From: Spirochaetota bacterium
GTDB taxonomy: Bacteria; Spirochaetota; Brachyspiria; Brachyspirales; JACRPF01
Assembly: GCA_016214035.1 (NCBI GenBank)
Contig: JACRPF010000017.1
Coordinates: 23,427-87,426 of the forward strand
Direction: 5' to 3'
Length of the DNA: 64,000 bases
Shown here: positions 1 through 10,156 of the stretch, in pieces
Numbering within the stretch: the stretch's first letter is position 1
How the letters are laid out: the number at the start of each line of letters is the position of its first letter
Position numbers and translations under genes: made by a program
Notes under the pieces: model-generated
Databases searched by the model: none
What the model saw: the letters and a program-made list of their open reading frames with translations, nothing else
What the model was told of the DNA's origin: nothing

Positions 1-2
1 AT

Positions 3-341
3 CCAGCATCTGCAGCGGGCATAGATATACCGCAGCTAAAATCGCAGCTGCCGGAACGCCTCGCATCGACACACATCGTGTATCGCGGGGAAACCATCGT
101 GCTTGTTTCCCGCAGAAACGGCAAAGAGGTCACCGTTTATGCATCAGCGGATGACACACGTTTTCAGGAATACTGCGGCGTGTTCCGCACACTCGTTTCC
201 CGCGAGTTCGAACCGCTTTCCGTCGTCCGTATCGAAACGATAAACGACGCACCCGCCGTCACCAGCGACTACAGCCGGGCATTCACTGCAGCGGGTTTTC
301 AAAGCGACGGTAAATCGCTGGTGCTCGTGAAAAGATACTGA
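3..341 (+). CDS. C-terminal end of a probable Lhr-family DEAD/DEAH helicase (5' truncated by window)
   Basis: Frame is open from the window edge (PASAAGIDIPQLKSQLPERLASTHIVYRGETIVLVSRRNGK...IETIND...AGF), resembling Lhr C-termini. Confidence 0.55.
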   Translation, partial: PASAAGIDIPQLKSQLPERLASTHIVYRGETIVLVSRRNGKEVTVYASADDTRFQEYCGVFRTLVSREFEPLSVVRIETINDAPAVTSDYSRAFTAAGFQSDGKSLVLVKRY

Positions 342-518
342 GCGATGTATATACCCTTCCAGCGATCGCATACCATACCCGCCGTCACTGATGCTTTACA
401 TCTTCATGCATTTGGGTATACTATTGTTCAACACACGATATTTTCGTGCGGCATGGACTGAAGTACTAAGCGCGTTTCGAATAGGCGCATCGAAGATTCT
501 GATTACCGGAGGACGCTG

Positions 519-1973
519 ATGGCTGCACATGGATTTCACGTTGCAAAATCGAAAAATGAGATATCGCTTCTGCTGCCGATGGCAAATCGCCATGGGTTGA
601 TCGCAGGCGCAACCGGCACCGGCAAAACGGTATCGCTCAAGGTGCTTGCCGAATCGTTCAGCGCCGCGGGCGTTCCCGTGTTCATGGCCGATGTCAAGGG
701 CGATCTCGCCGGAATAGCGATGAGCGGAACGCCGTCGCCGAAAATGGATGAGCGCTGCAAGACGATCGGCACGCCGGTACCCGCATTCCGCGCATTCCCC
801 GTCATGCTCTGGGACGTGTTCGGCGCGAAGGGACACCCGGTACGCACCACCATATCGGATATGGGGCCGCTGCTGTTCTCACGGCTGCTCGATCTGAACG
901 AAGTACAGACGGGCGTTTTGAACATCGTCTTCAAAGTTGCCGACGATAACGGACTCCTGCTGCTCGACATGAAAGACCTCAGAGCGATGCTTGAATATGT
1001 TGGCAATAATGCGGGTCAGTTCACCACCGAATATGGAACCGTCTCGAAACAGACTATCGGCGCCATCCAGCGGCCGCTCCTCACACTCGACGGACAGGGC
1101 GCTGATAAATTCTTCGGCGAACCGGCGCTCAATATCACCGACTTCATGAAAACCGACGCCGCCGGAACCGGATATATCAACATACTCGCCGCCGATGCGC
1201 TGATACAATCACCCTCGCTGTATGCTACATTCCTCCTCTGGCTCATGTCGGAACTCTTCGAACACCTGCCCGAGGCGGGCGATCTTGACAAACCGAAGAT
1301 GGTTTTCTTTTTCGATGAAGCGCATCTTCTGTTCGACGGTGCGCCAAAGATACTCCTCGACAAAATTGAACAGGTGGTGCGCCTCATCCGTTCCAAGGGT
1401 GTCGGCATTTATTTCGTAACGCAGAACCCGCTCGATATACCCGATGATATCCTTGGTCAGCTCGGCAACCGCATTCAGCATGCGCTCCGTGCGTTCACAC
1501 CGCGCGACCAGAAAGCGGTGCGTGCGGCAGCGGAAACATTCCGCGCAAACCCCGGACTCGATGTGGCAGCCACCATAACCGAACTCGGCGTGGGCGAAGC
1601 GCTGGTATCATTCCTTGATGAAGCAGGACGCCCTGCGCCGGTGGAACGCGCGTTTATCCTCCCTCCGCAAAGCCGCATCGGTGTCATCACGCCGGAGGAA
1701 TCTGATCGTATTCTGAAAAGTTCACCGTGCACCGGTATATACGACCGGACCGTCGACCGTGAATCCGCGTATGAAGTACTTCAGAAACGCGCAACGGCTC
1801 CCGTGGAACAGCCCGCCGCGCAGCCCGTTGAACGGCAGTACCTGGACCCGTCATACCGGGGACGTCCGCGCCGTACCGTACTCGAAACGGTAGCACAATC
1901 AGCAGCGTCGTCCATCGGCCGAAGGGTTGGAACGGAAATAATACGGGGCATACTCGGATCGTTTTTGAGGTAG
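519..1973 (+). CDS. DUF853/YjgR-type HerA-like P-loop ATPase
   Basis: [15 protein letters not shown] Walker [11 protein letters not shown] Walker [22 protein letters not shown]; GGAGGA RBS. Confidence 0.92.
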   Translation: MAAHGFHVAKSKNEISLLLPMANRHGLIAGATGTGKTVSLKVLAESFSAAGVPVFMADVKGDLAGIAMSGTPSPKMDERCKTIGTPVPAFRAFPVMLWDVFGAKGHPVRTTISDMGPLLFSRLLDLNEVQTGVLNIVFKVADDNGLLLLDMKDLRAMLEYVGNNAGQFTTEYGTVSKQTIGAIQRPLLTLDGQGADKFFGEPALNITDFMKTDAAGTGYINILAADALIQSPSLYATFLLWLMSELFEHLPEAGDLDKPKMVFFFDEAHLLFDGAPKILLDKIEQVVRLIRSKGVGIYFVTQNPLDIPDDILGQLGNRIQHALRAFTPRDQKAVRAAAETFRANPGLDVAATITELGVGEALVSFLDEAGRPAPVERAFILPPQSRIGVITPEESDRILKSSPCTGIYDRTVDRESAYEVLQKRATAPVEQPAAQPVERQYLDPSYRGRPRRTVLETVAQSAASSIGRRVGTEIIRGILGSFLR

Positions 1974-3433
1974 TGAGTATGTTACAGATATCCCGTATCC
2001 TTCTCGTTCTGATTCTTCCGATTATCATCATCGCATGCTCCGGCATACCCGGCGACGGCTACAACTATGCCGGCGCCGATAAAAGTGCCGGCGGTCTTGC
2101 CGGCAGCTACGGCGGCACACTTAACGTTCTTATGGTTCAACGGCTCAAACTCGTGATGAATATCACCAACGACAACGGAAAATGGCGCGCAACGCTTGAT
2201 AGTCCCGACCAGGGGGCGATGAACATACCGGTGAACAGGGTAACCGTCAGCAACGACACCATCCGCCTCGATATAAAAATGCTGCAGGCGGTTTTCGAAG
2301 GCAAAATCTCCGGCAATCAGATCAAGGGCAAATTCACCCAGCGCGGTCTGGGGATGGATCTTACGCTCGGCCGCCTGAAAGCGCCGTATACAATCAAACG
2401 GCCGCAGGAACCTATCAAGCCATATCCCTATACCGATGCGGAAGTATTTATCACCAATTCGGTTGACGGTATCGTACTCGCCGGCACATTGACCAAACCA
2501 TCCGGCGGCGGCAGATACCCCGCCGTCGTATTGATAACCGGCTCCGGCGCACAGGACCGCGATGAATCACTCCTCGGACACAAACCGTTCCTGGTGCTGG
2601 CGGACTATCTTACACGGCATGGCTTTGCGGTACTCCGCATGGATGACCGCGGTTTCGGAAAATCCGGCGGCGTGTTCGCTACAGCCACGTCCGCCGACTT
2701 TACCCGCGACATCCTTGCCGCTGTCGATTTTCTGAAAATGAGAAACGATGTTCTTACCGCCAAAATCGGATTGATCGGCCACAGCGAAGGCGGTGAGATA
2801 GCACCGATGGCCGCCAACCGCTCCACCAACGTAGCGTTCATCGTGCTCCTGGCTGCACCCGGCATCACCGGCTCGGAGATAAACCTGCTTCAGAACCGCG
2901 CGGCGTTTGCGGGAAGCTTTGTTGACAAGCGATTTCTTCAGGATTATCTTGCCATGCTTAAAAGCATTCATACGATAATCATCAATGAACCGGACAATGA
3001 CGCTGCACGAAAAAAAGCGATAGCCGAATATGAGCAGTATGCGGCGAATAAGGATGCCGCCAAACTGAAGAAATACAATATCACTTCCGAGAACATGACG
3101 CGAAGCATCGCAACATTCACAACGCCATGGTTCCGCTACTTTCTCGAGCATGACCCCGCGCTTGAGCTTGAGAAGCTGAAATGTCCGGTATTGGTGCTTA
3201 ACGGATCGCTAGACACCCAGGTGGACCCGAAAGCCAATCTGTCGGCGATACGGACCGCTCTTGCAAAAGGTCAAAACGCCGACTACGAAGTCATTGAATT
3301 ACCGGGCTTGAATCACCTGTTCCAGAAAGCCAAAACCGGGAAGGCATATGAATACGGCATCATCGCCGAGACGATCAACCGGTCGGCGCTGGATGTAATG
3401 GGGACATGGCTTAAGAAGAAAACGGAAAAATAA
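1973..3433 (+). CDS. Exported alpha/beta hydrolase (probable lipoprotein)
   Basis: Signal/lipobox IIAC; GSGAQDRD, GHSEGG nucleophile elbow, D-x-QV, NHLFQ catalytic His. Confidence 0.9.
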   Translation: MSMLQISRILLVLILPIIIIACSGIPGDGYNYAGADKSAGGLAGSYGGTLNVLMVQRLKLVMNITNDNGKWRATLDSPDQGAMNIPVNRVTVSNDTIRLDIKMLQAVFEGKISGNQIKGKFTQRGLGMDLTLGRLKAPYTIKRPQEPIKPYPYTDAEVFITNSVDGIVLAGTLTKPSGGGRYPAVVLITGSGAQDRDESLLGHKPFLVLADYLTRHGFAVLRMDDRGFGKSGGVFATATSADFTRDILAAVDFLKMRNDVLTAKIGLIGHSEGGEIAPMAANRSTNVAFIVLLAAPGITGSEINLLQNRAAFAGSFVDKRFLQDYLAMLKSIHTIIINEPDNDAARKKAIAEYEQYAANKDAAKLKKYNITSENMTRSIATFTTPWFRYFLEHDPALELEKLKCPVLVLNGSLDTQVDPKANLSAIRTALAKGQNADYEVIELPGLNHLFQKAKTGKAYEYGIIAETINRSALDVMGTWLKKKTEK

Positions 3434-4003
3434 TCAGTGGTGATGATGTTCGTTACCTTCATCTTCGCCTTCTGCGAACTTGAAGAACTGCACATACGCC
3501 TCGATATACGCTCTTCCCGCCTTGACATTATTGACGTCATGTTTTTTCAACGATAACGCTTTATCAAATCGTTTCTGCACCTCGGCGGTTTTATCTTTTG
3601 GAACAAGCCCGTTCAATGGTGATAGATTTCCAATCGCTAGTGCTTTATCGGCGGCAAGTATCTTCCTGTCAATCGGCGTCCCCGACGGCTTCACGCCGGT
3701 GAACGGTACCCCTTCGCCATTCCGGTGTATCCTTACGAGCGTGTCGAAAAAATATCTGTCCGACAGCACTTTTGCGTCGGAATTCAATGTACGTACTTTC
3801 ATCGTCAGTGAAAACACCTGCTTGATATCCTTCTCGCTTTCAGGCGCCACCCATTTCAACACATAATTTACATTATTGCTTTCAATCGCCTTTTTGGCGT
3901 CGGCGATTAACGGCCCATCCATGGTGTCACAGTGAGCGAATACGGCCTGGCTGCACAACACTGAAAACAACACCGCAGCCGTGCATGAAAACTTTTTATT
4001 CAT
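3434..4003 (-). CDS. DUF6448-like exported protein with His-rich C-terminus
   Basis: Signal peptide then AHCDTMDGP; FFDTLVRIHRNGEG; ends EHHHH; ATG at 4003 with GGAGGA RBS. Confidence 0.75.
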   Translation of the reverse strand: MNKKFSCTAAVLFSVLCSQAVFAHCDTMDGPLIADAKKAIESNNVNYVLKWVAPESEKDIKQVFSLTMKVRTLNSDAKVLSDRYFFDTLVRIHRNGEGVPFTGVKPSGTPIDRKILAADKALAIGNLSPLNGLVPKDKTAEVQKRFDKALSLKKHDVNNVKAGRAYIEAYVQFFKFAEGEDEGNEHHHH

Positions 4004-4102
4004 AATTTCCTCCACAATAATGATACCTAAATAAGTTACCAACTTTATTATTATTGTCAACCGTAATACCGGTATATCCCGTTACGCCCATTGTCTGCGG
4101 CT

Positions 4103-4885
4103 TCACTTCCGAAAATGCACTTCGAGTGATGCAACAACTGTTTCATATCGCTGCACGATAAAGCTGTTCGCGTTATTCACTTCGGCAAATCGGGAATATA
4201 ATTCACCGATCTGATTCATGGATAGATTTCTGTCCATCCAGGGATAGAGTATCGTGTCTTCCCTGCGGATATGATCGATCAGCAGGTCGTGATACCCTTT
4301 CATATGGGCGACAGCCTGTGTTGTGTTTTTTGTTTTACCCGCCTCGACAATCTGCTGCACATGCGACCTCCCCGCCACATGGTCCTGCAGTATAACCTGA
4401 ATTACCGGATCTGTAGTGCTGAAATAGTGAAAAAGAATATCCTCTTCCTTCGCATGATGAAATCGATCGGCGAATGACCGGATGAAATCGGCACTGACAT
4501 CAAGCAGGTCGCGCTGTGACGGTATGCCCAAATCGATTTGATCCGCAAACACCGATACGACTGCGAGTACCCGCTTGATCAGATCATGTTCTTTCACCAG
4601 TTCCGCAAGCGGCGGCGAATACGTCAGCGGCTGAGCTGTCTTTTGTTTCTTTTCTGTAATCACCCGCATAACGACATCACGCTGCGGGTATATCGCTTTT
4701 TCAATGCGGTACATAAGCTCGGCTTCATCGTGCGGCGACAGATTATGAATGGATACGATATCCTTGAGAAGACATGTCCCGACCGCGCAGGGCACACACC
4801 CGATATTAAACTCGTTCAGTATCGCTGCCACGGCGGGAAATTGTTCGATTACGGATTTAATGCCCGTATTTAAATAGTGCTCCAT
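4103..4885 (-). CDS. Hemerythrin-domain protein with N-terminal CxxC-x3-C domain
   Basis: N-terminal GCVPCAVGTC; hemerythrin motifs EHDLI, HHAKEEDILF, DHVAGR, HIRREDTILYP. Confidence 0.88.
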   Translation of the reverse strand: MEHYLNTGIKSVIEQFPAVAAILNEFNIGCVPCAVGTCLLKDIVSIHNLSPHDEAELMYRIEKAIYPQRDVVMRVITEKKQKTAQPLTYSPPLAELVKEHDLIKRVLAVVSVFADQIDLGIPSQRDLLDVSADFIRSFADRFHHAKEEDILFHYFSTTDPVIQVILQDHVAGRSHVQQIVEAGKTKNTTQAVAHMKGYHDLLIDHIRREDTILYPWMDRNLSMNQIGELYSRFAEVNNANSFIVQRYETVVASLEVHFRK

Positions 4886-5250
4886 GTTGTCTCCATAGTC
4901 GATATGGTAGTAAACAGTTCCTTAATGTCAAGATACATTTTATAAACGTGCCACAATTTCAACTCCAGTGACGTGATAGTGCAATCCTTTGAAAACGACA
5001 TATCGCGCATGATAGGCATATTTTACCGGATTGCAGAAAGACGCACGGGTGGCGGCGGGAAACACATATTTTCGGCAGCAGAATATTCTGGAACGCTATC
5101 CCGGCGATTGCAGGCAAGGCAGCTTCGATACGCTCCTATACCTCCAAACAGCGTCCTAATTAATCCCATAACCCGATTCAGCCGACCAAAATGCTCGAAT
5201 CGATGTCCAAGTATCTAAACAACAACGATAATATTCCCGTGTACGCGCAA

Positions 5251-5577
5251 CGCACACCATCTCATGCAGTCCGTAAGGGGGTGTGGTAGGCTGGAAATAT
5301 CATGTTTTTATCTTGGGGAAAGTGCAGCGAACGAGAAAAACGCATACCACGCATAGGCAGGGCGTAGCGGGGATGTTTTCGGAGCGCGGCATCGCTGTGC
5401 GAACGAAACATCCTCAAATCAACGAACCGGCACGCCGGGCCGAAGGTCGATACATGGAAATAAAACAGCAGTGAGTTTGCGCGCCGCGAGAAGAATATAT
5501 TCCCGCTATGCCCGCGCCATCGGGGAATACTTATGCCGAGTGAGCGGAGCGGTTGGGGCGGGGCGCCCCCTCCCCTT
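5251..5577 (+). repeat. Hairpin-rich non-coding element (REP/MITE-like or structured RNA)
   Basis: Serial inverted repeats (cacacc/ggtgtg, gtggta/taccac, ggggatgtttt/aaacatcctc, tattcccg/cggggaata, ggggcg/cgcccc); no credible ORF. Confidence 0.45.
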
Positions 5578-5604
5578 GATTAATATCACCGGAATATATA
5601 TAGT
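5576..5604 (+). promoter_or_regulatory. sigma70-type promoter, probably leaderless
   Basis: TTGATT-17 nt-TATAGT, then 6 nt to ATG 5611; no Shine-Dalgarno. Confidence 0.6.
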
Positions 5605-5610
5605 TTTCCC

Positions 5611-6408
5611 ATGAACCAGGACCAAACAAAAACACTGCTGCTCAAACTTTCCGACCCCAAGGAAGCCTTCACCGTCATATTCTCCGGCAAGCAAAGCGAC
5701 AAGGTGCATGGCTTATACAAACCGGAAACGCGCGAGATCATCATCCATAACAGAAATTTCGATAACGACAATCAGCTTATGTATACGGCGATACACGAGT
5801 TCGCGCACCATGTGCAGTTCACCGAATCACCGGTGCCGACGTATTCACGCGCGCACACGGGAAATTTCTGGCGGATATTTCACGCGCTTCTTGAGAAAGC
5901 GGAATCTGAAGGCATATATCGCAACATCTTCAAGGACACTCCCGCATTCACCGAACTTTCGGCTACGATACGCTCTAAGTTCCTCACCGGCAATGCGTCG
6001 CTCATGCAGGAGTTCGGCGAGGTGCTCATCAAAGCGCATGCACTCTGCGAACAGTACCGCGTTGAGTTCGACGATTACATGGACCGCGAACTCGGATTCC
6101 ACCGGAGTACCGCGAAGACTATCATGAAAGTAAGCACCATCAAGGCCGATCCCGCCGTGGGTTTTGAGAACATGAAGATGCTCGCACGCATACGCGAACC
6201 GGAAGACCGCGAACGTGCGGAAAAGGCGCTCCTCTCGGGAAAAAGCCCGGACACCGTGCGCATGGAATATGTTGTGAAATCTTCATCCGACGACAAGCTT
6301 GAAAACCTCATCGCAGAAAAGCGCCGTGTGGCGACGACGATAGAACGCCTCCAGAGCCGCCTCACTACTCTGGAACGGGAAATAAACACCTTATCTGAGA
6401 AAGCATAG
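5611..6408 (+). CDS. Conserved hypothetical protein with HExxH zinc-metallopeptidase (SprT-like) motif and C-terminal coiled coil
   Basis: AIHEFAHH...RAHTGNFW; resembles a spirochaete-conserved family (recall). Confidence 0.75.
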   Translation: MNQDQTKTLLLKLSDPKEAFTVIFSGKQSDKVHGLYKPETREIIIHNRNFDNDNQLMYTAIHEFAHHVQFTESPVPTYSRAHTGNFWRIFHALLEKAESEGIYRNIFKDTPAFTELSATIRSKFLTGNASLMQEFGEVLIKAHALCEQYRVEFDDYMDRELGFHRSTAKTIMKVSTIKADPAVGFENMKMLARIREPEDRERAEKALLSGKSPDTVRMEYVVKSSSDDKLENLIAEKRRVATTIERLQSRLTTLEREINTLSEKA

Positions 6409-6423
6409 CCCGGGGATTACATC

Positions 6424-7245
6424 ATGAGTGCGTCAGAAAATAAAAGCGCGTCACCATTCAGGATATTGCCGGAACAGGTTATCTGCACCATCGCCGACGT
6501 GTACTATTACGATACGGTCAGCCCCGACTGGGTCATCGACAACCGCCTTTTCGCCGACTATGACATCTTCATCTGCACCGAGGGCGAGGCTCTCTTCATC
6601 ATCAACGGCAAAGAATATCAGATGTCCCGGGGAAAAGCGTTTCTCATGCGTAAAGGTCTCACGCTAACCGCACAGCACACTAAAAAAAGGCATTTCAGGA
6701 CATTCGCGCAGCACTTCGAGGCAAAGCTCTTCGGCGTCATCGACATTTTCAGCTTGCTGCGCTGCCCCACACTTGTCACGCTTACAAATCCCGATGCTAC
6801 GATACGTACGGTCGATGAATATACCGCGTTGAAAAAAAATGCCGCCGAGCCGTTCAGGCAGCACGGCCTCTTTCTGACAATGCTCTCTGATTATCTCCGC
6901 GACGGAAACGCATTGCCCGCCGAGCAGGCGGATGAGAACGGCTTCATCAATGAGATGGTGCAGCAGATAAACAGCGGTGCCGCCGATGAAACCGCGCTCG
7001 CAAAAGCCCTCGCCCGCTCTCCGTACGGCCCGCGGTACACGGCCGCGCTCTTCAAAAAGGTCGTAGGTCTTACGCCGAAGAAGTTCCTGCTGCACTCACG
7101 CATACGCATCGCCAAGGATATGCTCTATCGCGGCGCAAGCGTGAAGGAAGCCGCACATACCGCAGGTTATGATGATGAACTCTATTTCAGCCGCCTTTTC
7201 AAGCGCTATGAAGGGCTGTCACCGGAGCATTACCGGCAATTCTGA
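6424..7245 (+). CDS. AraC-family transcriptional regulator
   Basis: Cupin N-terminus; C-terminal VKEAAHTAGYDDELYFSRLFKRYEGLSPEHYR. Confidence 0.92.
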   Translation: MSASENKSASPFRILPEQVICTIADVYYYDTVSPDWVIDNRLFADYDIFICTEGEALFIINGKEYQMSRGKAFLMRKGLTLTAQHTKKRHFRTFAQHFEAKLFGVIDIFSLLRCPTLVTLTNPDATIRTVDEYTALKKNAAEPFRQHGLFLTMLSDYLRDGNALPAEQADENGFINEMVQQINSGAADETALAKALARSPYGPRYTAALFKKVVGLTPKKFLLHSRIRIAKDMLYRGASVKEAAHTAGYDDELYFSRLFKRYEGLSPEHYRQF

Positions 7246-7311
7246 CGCTATTTCATCTTTTCTTTTTCATAAAAAGCGTTATAATGGACATATAACCTCA
7301 AAGGAAGATAC

Positions 7312-8514
7312 ATGAGCATACTCATTACCGTCCTGTTCGTTATGAACTCAATTATCATCGCCGTGGCCTTTTCTCTCGTTTTTTTCACGGAAATGTATCC
7401 CGCCATCTATCGGAAATTCCGCCTTGCGAAGTACGATACGTCGTATACCCCGTCGATCGTGCTGTTTCTGCCGTGTAAAGGCGCCGATGACAGTTTCAAG
7501 CAGAACATCGAGGCTACGCTCACGCTGAAGTATCCGCGACACCGTATATTCTATCTTGTCGAAGACATCCATGACCCCGCGTATCCCATCATTAAAAAGA
7601 CGATAGCCGGTAAAAAGCATGTCAAACTGGTGATAACCGGACATGCGGTGAAATGCGGCCAGAAGAACCACAACCTCATCAAGGGCATCGAGGCCGCCGG
7701 AACAAAGGACGAAGTATTCGTGTTCATGGACAGCGACATTGAGATAACCGAACGCTGGCTCACCGACCTTGTGGCGCCTTTGTCAAACCCGAAAGTAACG
7801 CTTGCCACCGGATGCATGTGGCTTTCGCTCAAATATCACACCCTCGGCGAGCGCATACACACGTTCATGATAGCATTACAGCGCGCGCTCATCTACTTCA
7901 TGCCAATCGGCAGCGTCTGGGGCGGCTGCATGGCAATACGCCGCACCGATTTCTACCGGCTCGGACTGAAAAAGATCTGGGCCAACAACATCTCCGACGA
8001 CATGGGCATGATGGCTAAGCTCAATCAGGAAAAAGCGAAGGCGGTGCTCGTGCCCACCTGTGAGGGCAGCGCACGCGACCCCATATCGTCGCTGACCGGA
8101 TCGCTCAACTGGATAACACGCCAGGTGCTCATGATAAAATACTACCTGCGCCCGCTCTGGGTCTTTGCGATGATACTCATCGTCTATGCGGTATCGCAGT
8201 TCTTCCTGCTCCCGTTCGCGATACATAAATCCATCGTCAGCGGTGCACCCGAGTTCGAGAAAATAGCGGTTATCATCCTCTCAACGGTTTTCCTGCTCAT
8301 GTGTGCGCTCACATTGATGCGCCGTAAGGTAAAGGACAATCATCCGCTCTTGGTATGGTTCATCCTGTGTCCGGTCTATTTTCTGCTCACCGCTTTTGCG
8401 CTTCTCAGGTCACCGTTCACCTCGGTGGTTCACTGGAGCAATATCTCCTACTACATGGCGTTTGACGGCAGCGTGAAGAAAATAGTACGCCCCGAGCCCA
8501 ACCGTGGCCGCTAA
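7312..8514 (+). CDS. Membrane glycosyltransferase, GT2/GT21 (ceramide glucosyltransferase-like)
   Basis: N-terminal TM, LPCKG, CGQKNHNL, DSD, WGGCMAI, SDD, WITRQ; C-terminal TMs. Confidence 0.85.
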   Translation: MSILITVLFVMNSIIIAVAFSLVFFTEMYPAIYRKFRLAKYDTSYTPSIVLFLPCKGADDSFKQNIEATLTLKYPRHRIFYLVEDIHDPAYPIIKKTIAGKKHVKLVITGHAVKCGQKNHNLIKGIEAAGTKDEVFVFMDSDIEITERWLTDLVAPLSNPKVTLATGCMWLSLKYHTLGERIHTFMIALQRALIYFMPIGSVWGGCMAIRRTDFYRLGLKKIWANNISDDMGMMAKLNQEKAKAVLVPTCEGSARDPISSLTGSLNWITRQVLMIKYYLRPLWVFAMILIVYAVSQFFLLPFAIHKSIVSGAPEFEKIAVIILSTVFLLMCALTLMRRKVKDNHPLLVWFILCPVYFLLTAFALLRSPFTSVVHWSNISYYMAFDGSVKKIVRPEPNRGR

Positions 8515-10093
8515 AAAACCTGCCGCACCGAAAAAAAAGTCTGCGGCGGCACAGCCGAAGCCGACAATTGAGCGTGCGGTAAAACAGAAACCGGCTGTAA
8601 TCGCCACCAGGGAAACGAACCCGAGCGCGATGAACATACTCTTCGTCGCCGCTGAAATGGCGCCGTTCATAAAATCCGGCGGACTTGCCGACGTCGTTGG
8701 CGCGCTTCCGCATTATCTCCGCATGCGCGGCCATGACGTACGTGTTGTTATACCGAAATACCGCGACAATGATTACCATGGACTGCCGCTCACGCCGGTG
8801 GTATCACCGATGGGCGTGTGGATGGGAACGAACCAGGAATGGTGTTCGGTGCTTCAGACGGTCATCAACGGCGTCATCGTCTATTTCGTGGAACATGACG
8901 CATACTTCAACCGCTTCGGCATGTATCACGACGCTGGCATGCACGATTACCACGACAACCCGCACCGCTACGGTTTCCTCTGCCAGGCGGCGCTGCAATT
9001 ATGCCACGATGTTGCGTTCACACCGGACCTTGTCCATGCCCACGACTGGCAGACAGCTCCGGTGTGCGCGTATCTGAAAGTATGGCATCAGAACGATCCG
9101 TTGTTCGTCAACACGCGCTCCATGCTCACGATACACAACGCCGCGTATCAGGGCGTGTATCCCGCCGCACCGCATTACGATTATCTCGGGTTGAACTGGG
9201 AGAATTTCACGCCGGATAAATTCGAGGATCACGGCAGACTGAACCTCCTCAAAGGCGGCGTGCATTTCGCCGACATGGTGAACACGGTAAGCCGGACGTA
9301 TGCGCATGAGATATCACGTCCGTTCGGTGCATTCGGGCTTGCGCCGTATCTCTCGGCAAAAGCGGGCAGGTTCTTCGGCATCATCAACGGCGTCGATTAC
9401 CGGACCTGGTCGCCGGAGAACGATACCTTCATCGCATCAAAATTCTCCCGGAAAGACCGGTCCGGAAAGAAACAGTGCAAGCGCGATTTACAGAAGCGTT
9501 TTCTCCTCGCCGAGGATGATGATGTCGCAATCATCGGCGCCGTCGGCCGTTTTGTGCATCAGAAAGGATACGACCTTCTCGCGGAAAAAATAGCCGACAT
9601 CGTGAACAATATGCGCGTACAGGTTGTCATTCTCGGCACCGGGGATCCGGGACTCGAACGCTTCTTCGGCGATCTCCCGAAGTCGTTTCCCGGGCGCATA
9701 GGCTCCTATATCGGTTTCAGCAATGAGCTTGCACACGTCATCGAAGCGGGCTCCGACTTCTTCATCATGCCGTCGCTCTATGAACCGTGCGGATTGAACC
9801 AGATATACTCGCTTCGCTACGGTACGCTTCCCATAGTGCGCGCCACCGGCGGCCTTGACGATACTGTTAAAAACTATAATGAGGTGTCCGCTGAAGGCAA
9901 CGGATTCAAGTTCTGGGATGCCACCGGCACGGCGCTCTATTACACCGTCGGCTGGGCGATAAGCACCTATTACGACCGGCCGGCACATATGGCAACGCTT
10001 ATCGACAATGCCATGAGCGAGGACTTCTCCTGGGAAAAGACCGCCGCGGAATATGAAACGGCATACCGGCGTGTCCTTGAGCACCAGCACTGA
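8504..10093 (+). CDS. glgA: Glycogen synthase (alternative start at 8630)
   Basis: KSGGLADV, HAHDWQTA, TIHNAAYQG, PSLYEPCGLNQIYSLRYGT. Confidence 0.96.
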   Translation: MAAKKPAAPKKKSAAAQPKPTIERAVKQKPAVIATRETNPSAMNILFVAAEMAPFIKSGGLADVVGALPHYLRMRGHDVRVVIPKYRDNDYHGLPLTPVVSPMGVWMGTNQEWCSVLQTVINGVIVYFVEHDAYFNRFGMYHDAGMHDYHDNPHRYGFLCQAALQLCHDVAFTPDLVHAHDWQTAPVCAYLKVWHQNDPLFVNTRSMLTIHNAAYQGVYPAAPHYDYLGLNWENFTPDKFEDHGRLNLLKGGVHFADMVNTVSRTYAHEISRPFGAFGLAPYLSAKAGRFFGIINGVDYRTWSPENDTFIASKFSRKDRSGKKQCKRDLQKRFLLAEDDDVAIIGAVGRFVHQKGYDLLAEKIADIVNNMRVQVVILGTGDPGLERFFGDLPKSFPGRIGSYIGFSNELAHVIEAGSDFFIMPSLYEPCGLNQIYSLRYGTLPIVRATGGLDDTVKNYNEVSAEGNGFKFWDATGTALYYTVGWAISTYYDRPAHMATLIDNAMSEDFSWEKTAAEYETAYRRVLEHQH

Positions 10094-10156
10094 TTCGATT
10101 GATATTCTATTACCTGCGCATATAATAACATCAAACACGTTTATAAGGAGTCTGCC

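Noticed and set aside
4973-5474. Small ORFs 4973-5218 and 5283-5474 as genes
   Set aside because: No RBS, atypical composition and no motifs; the second overlaps the hairpin element.
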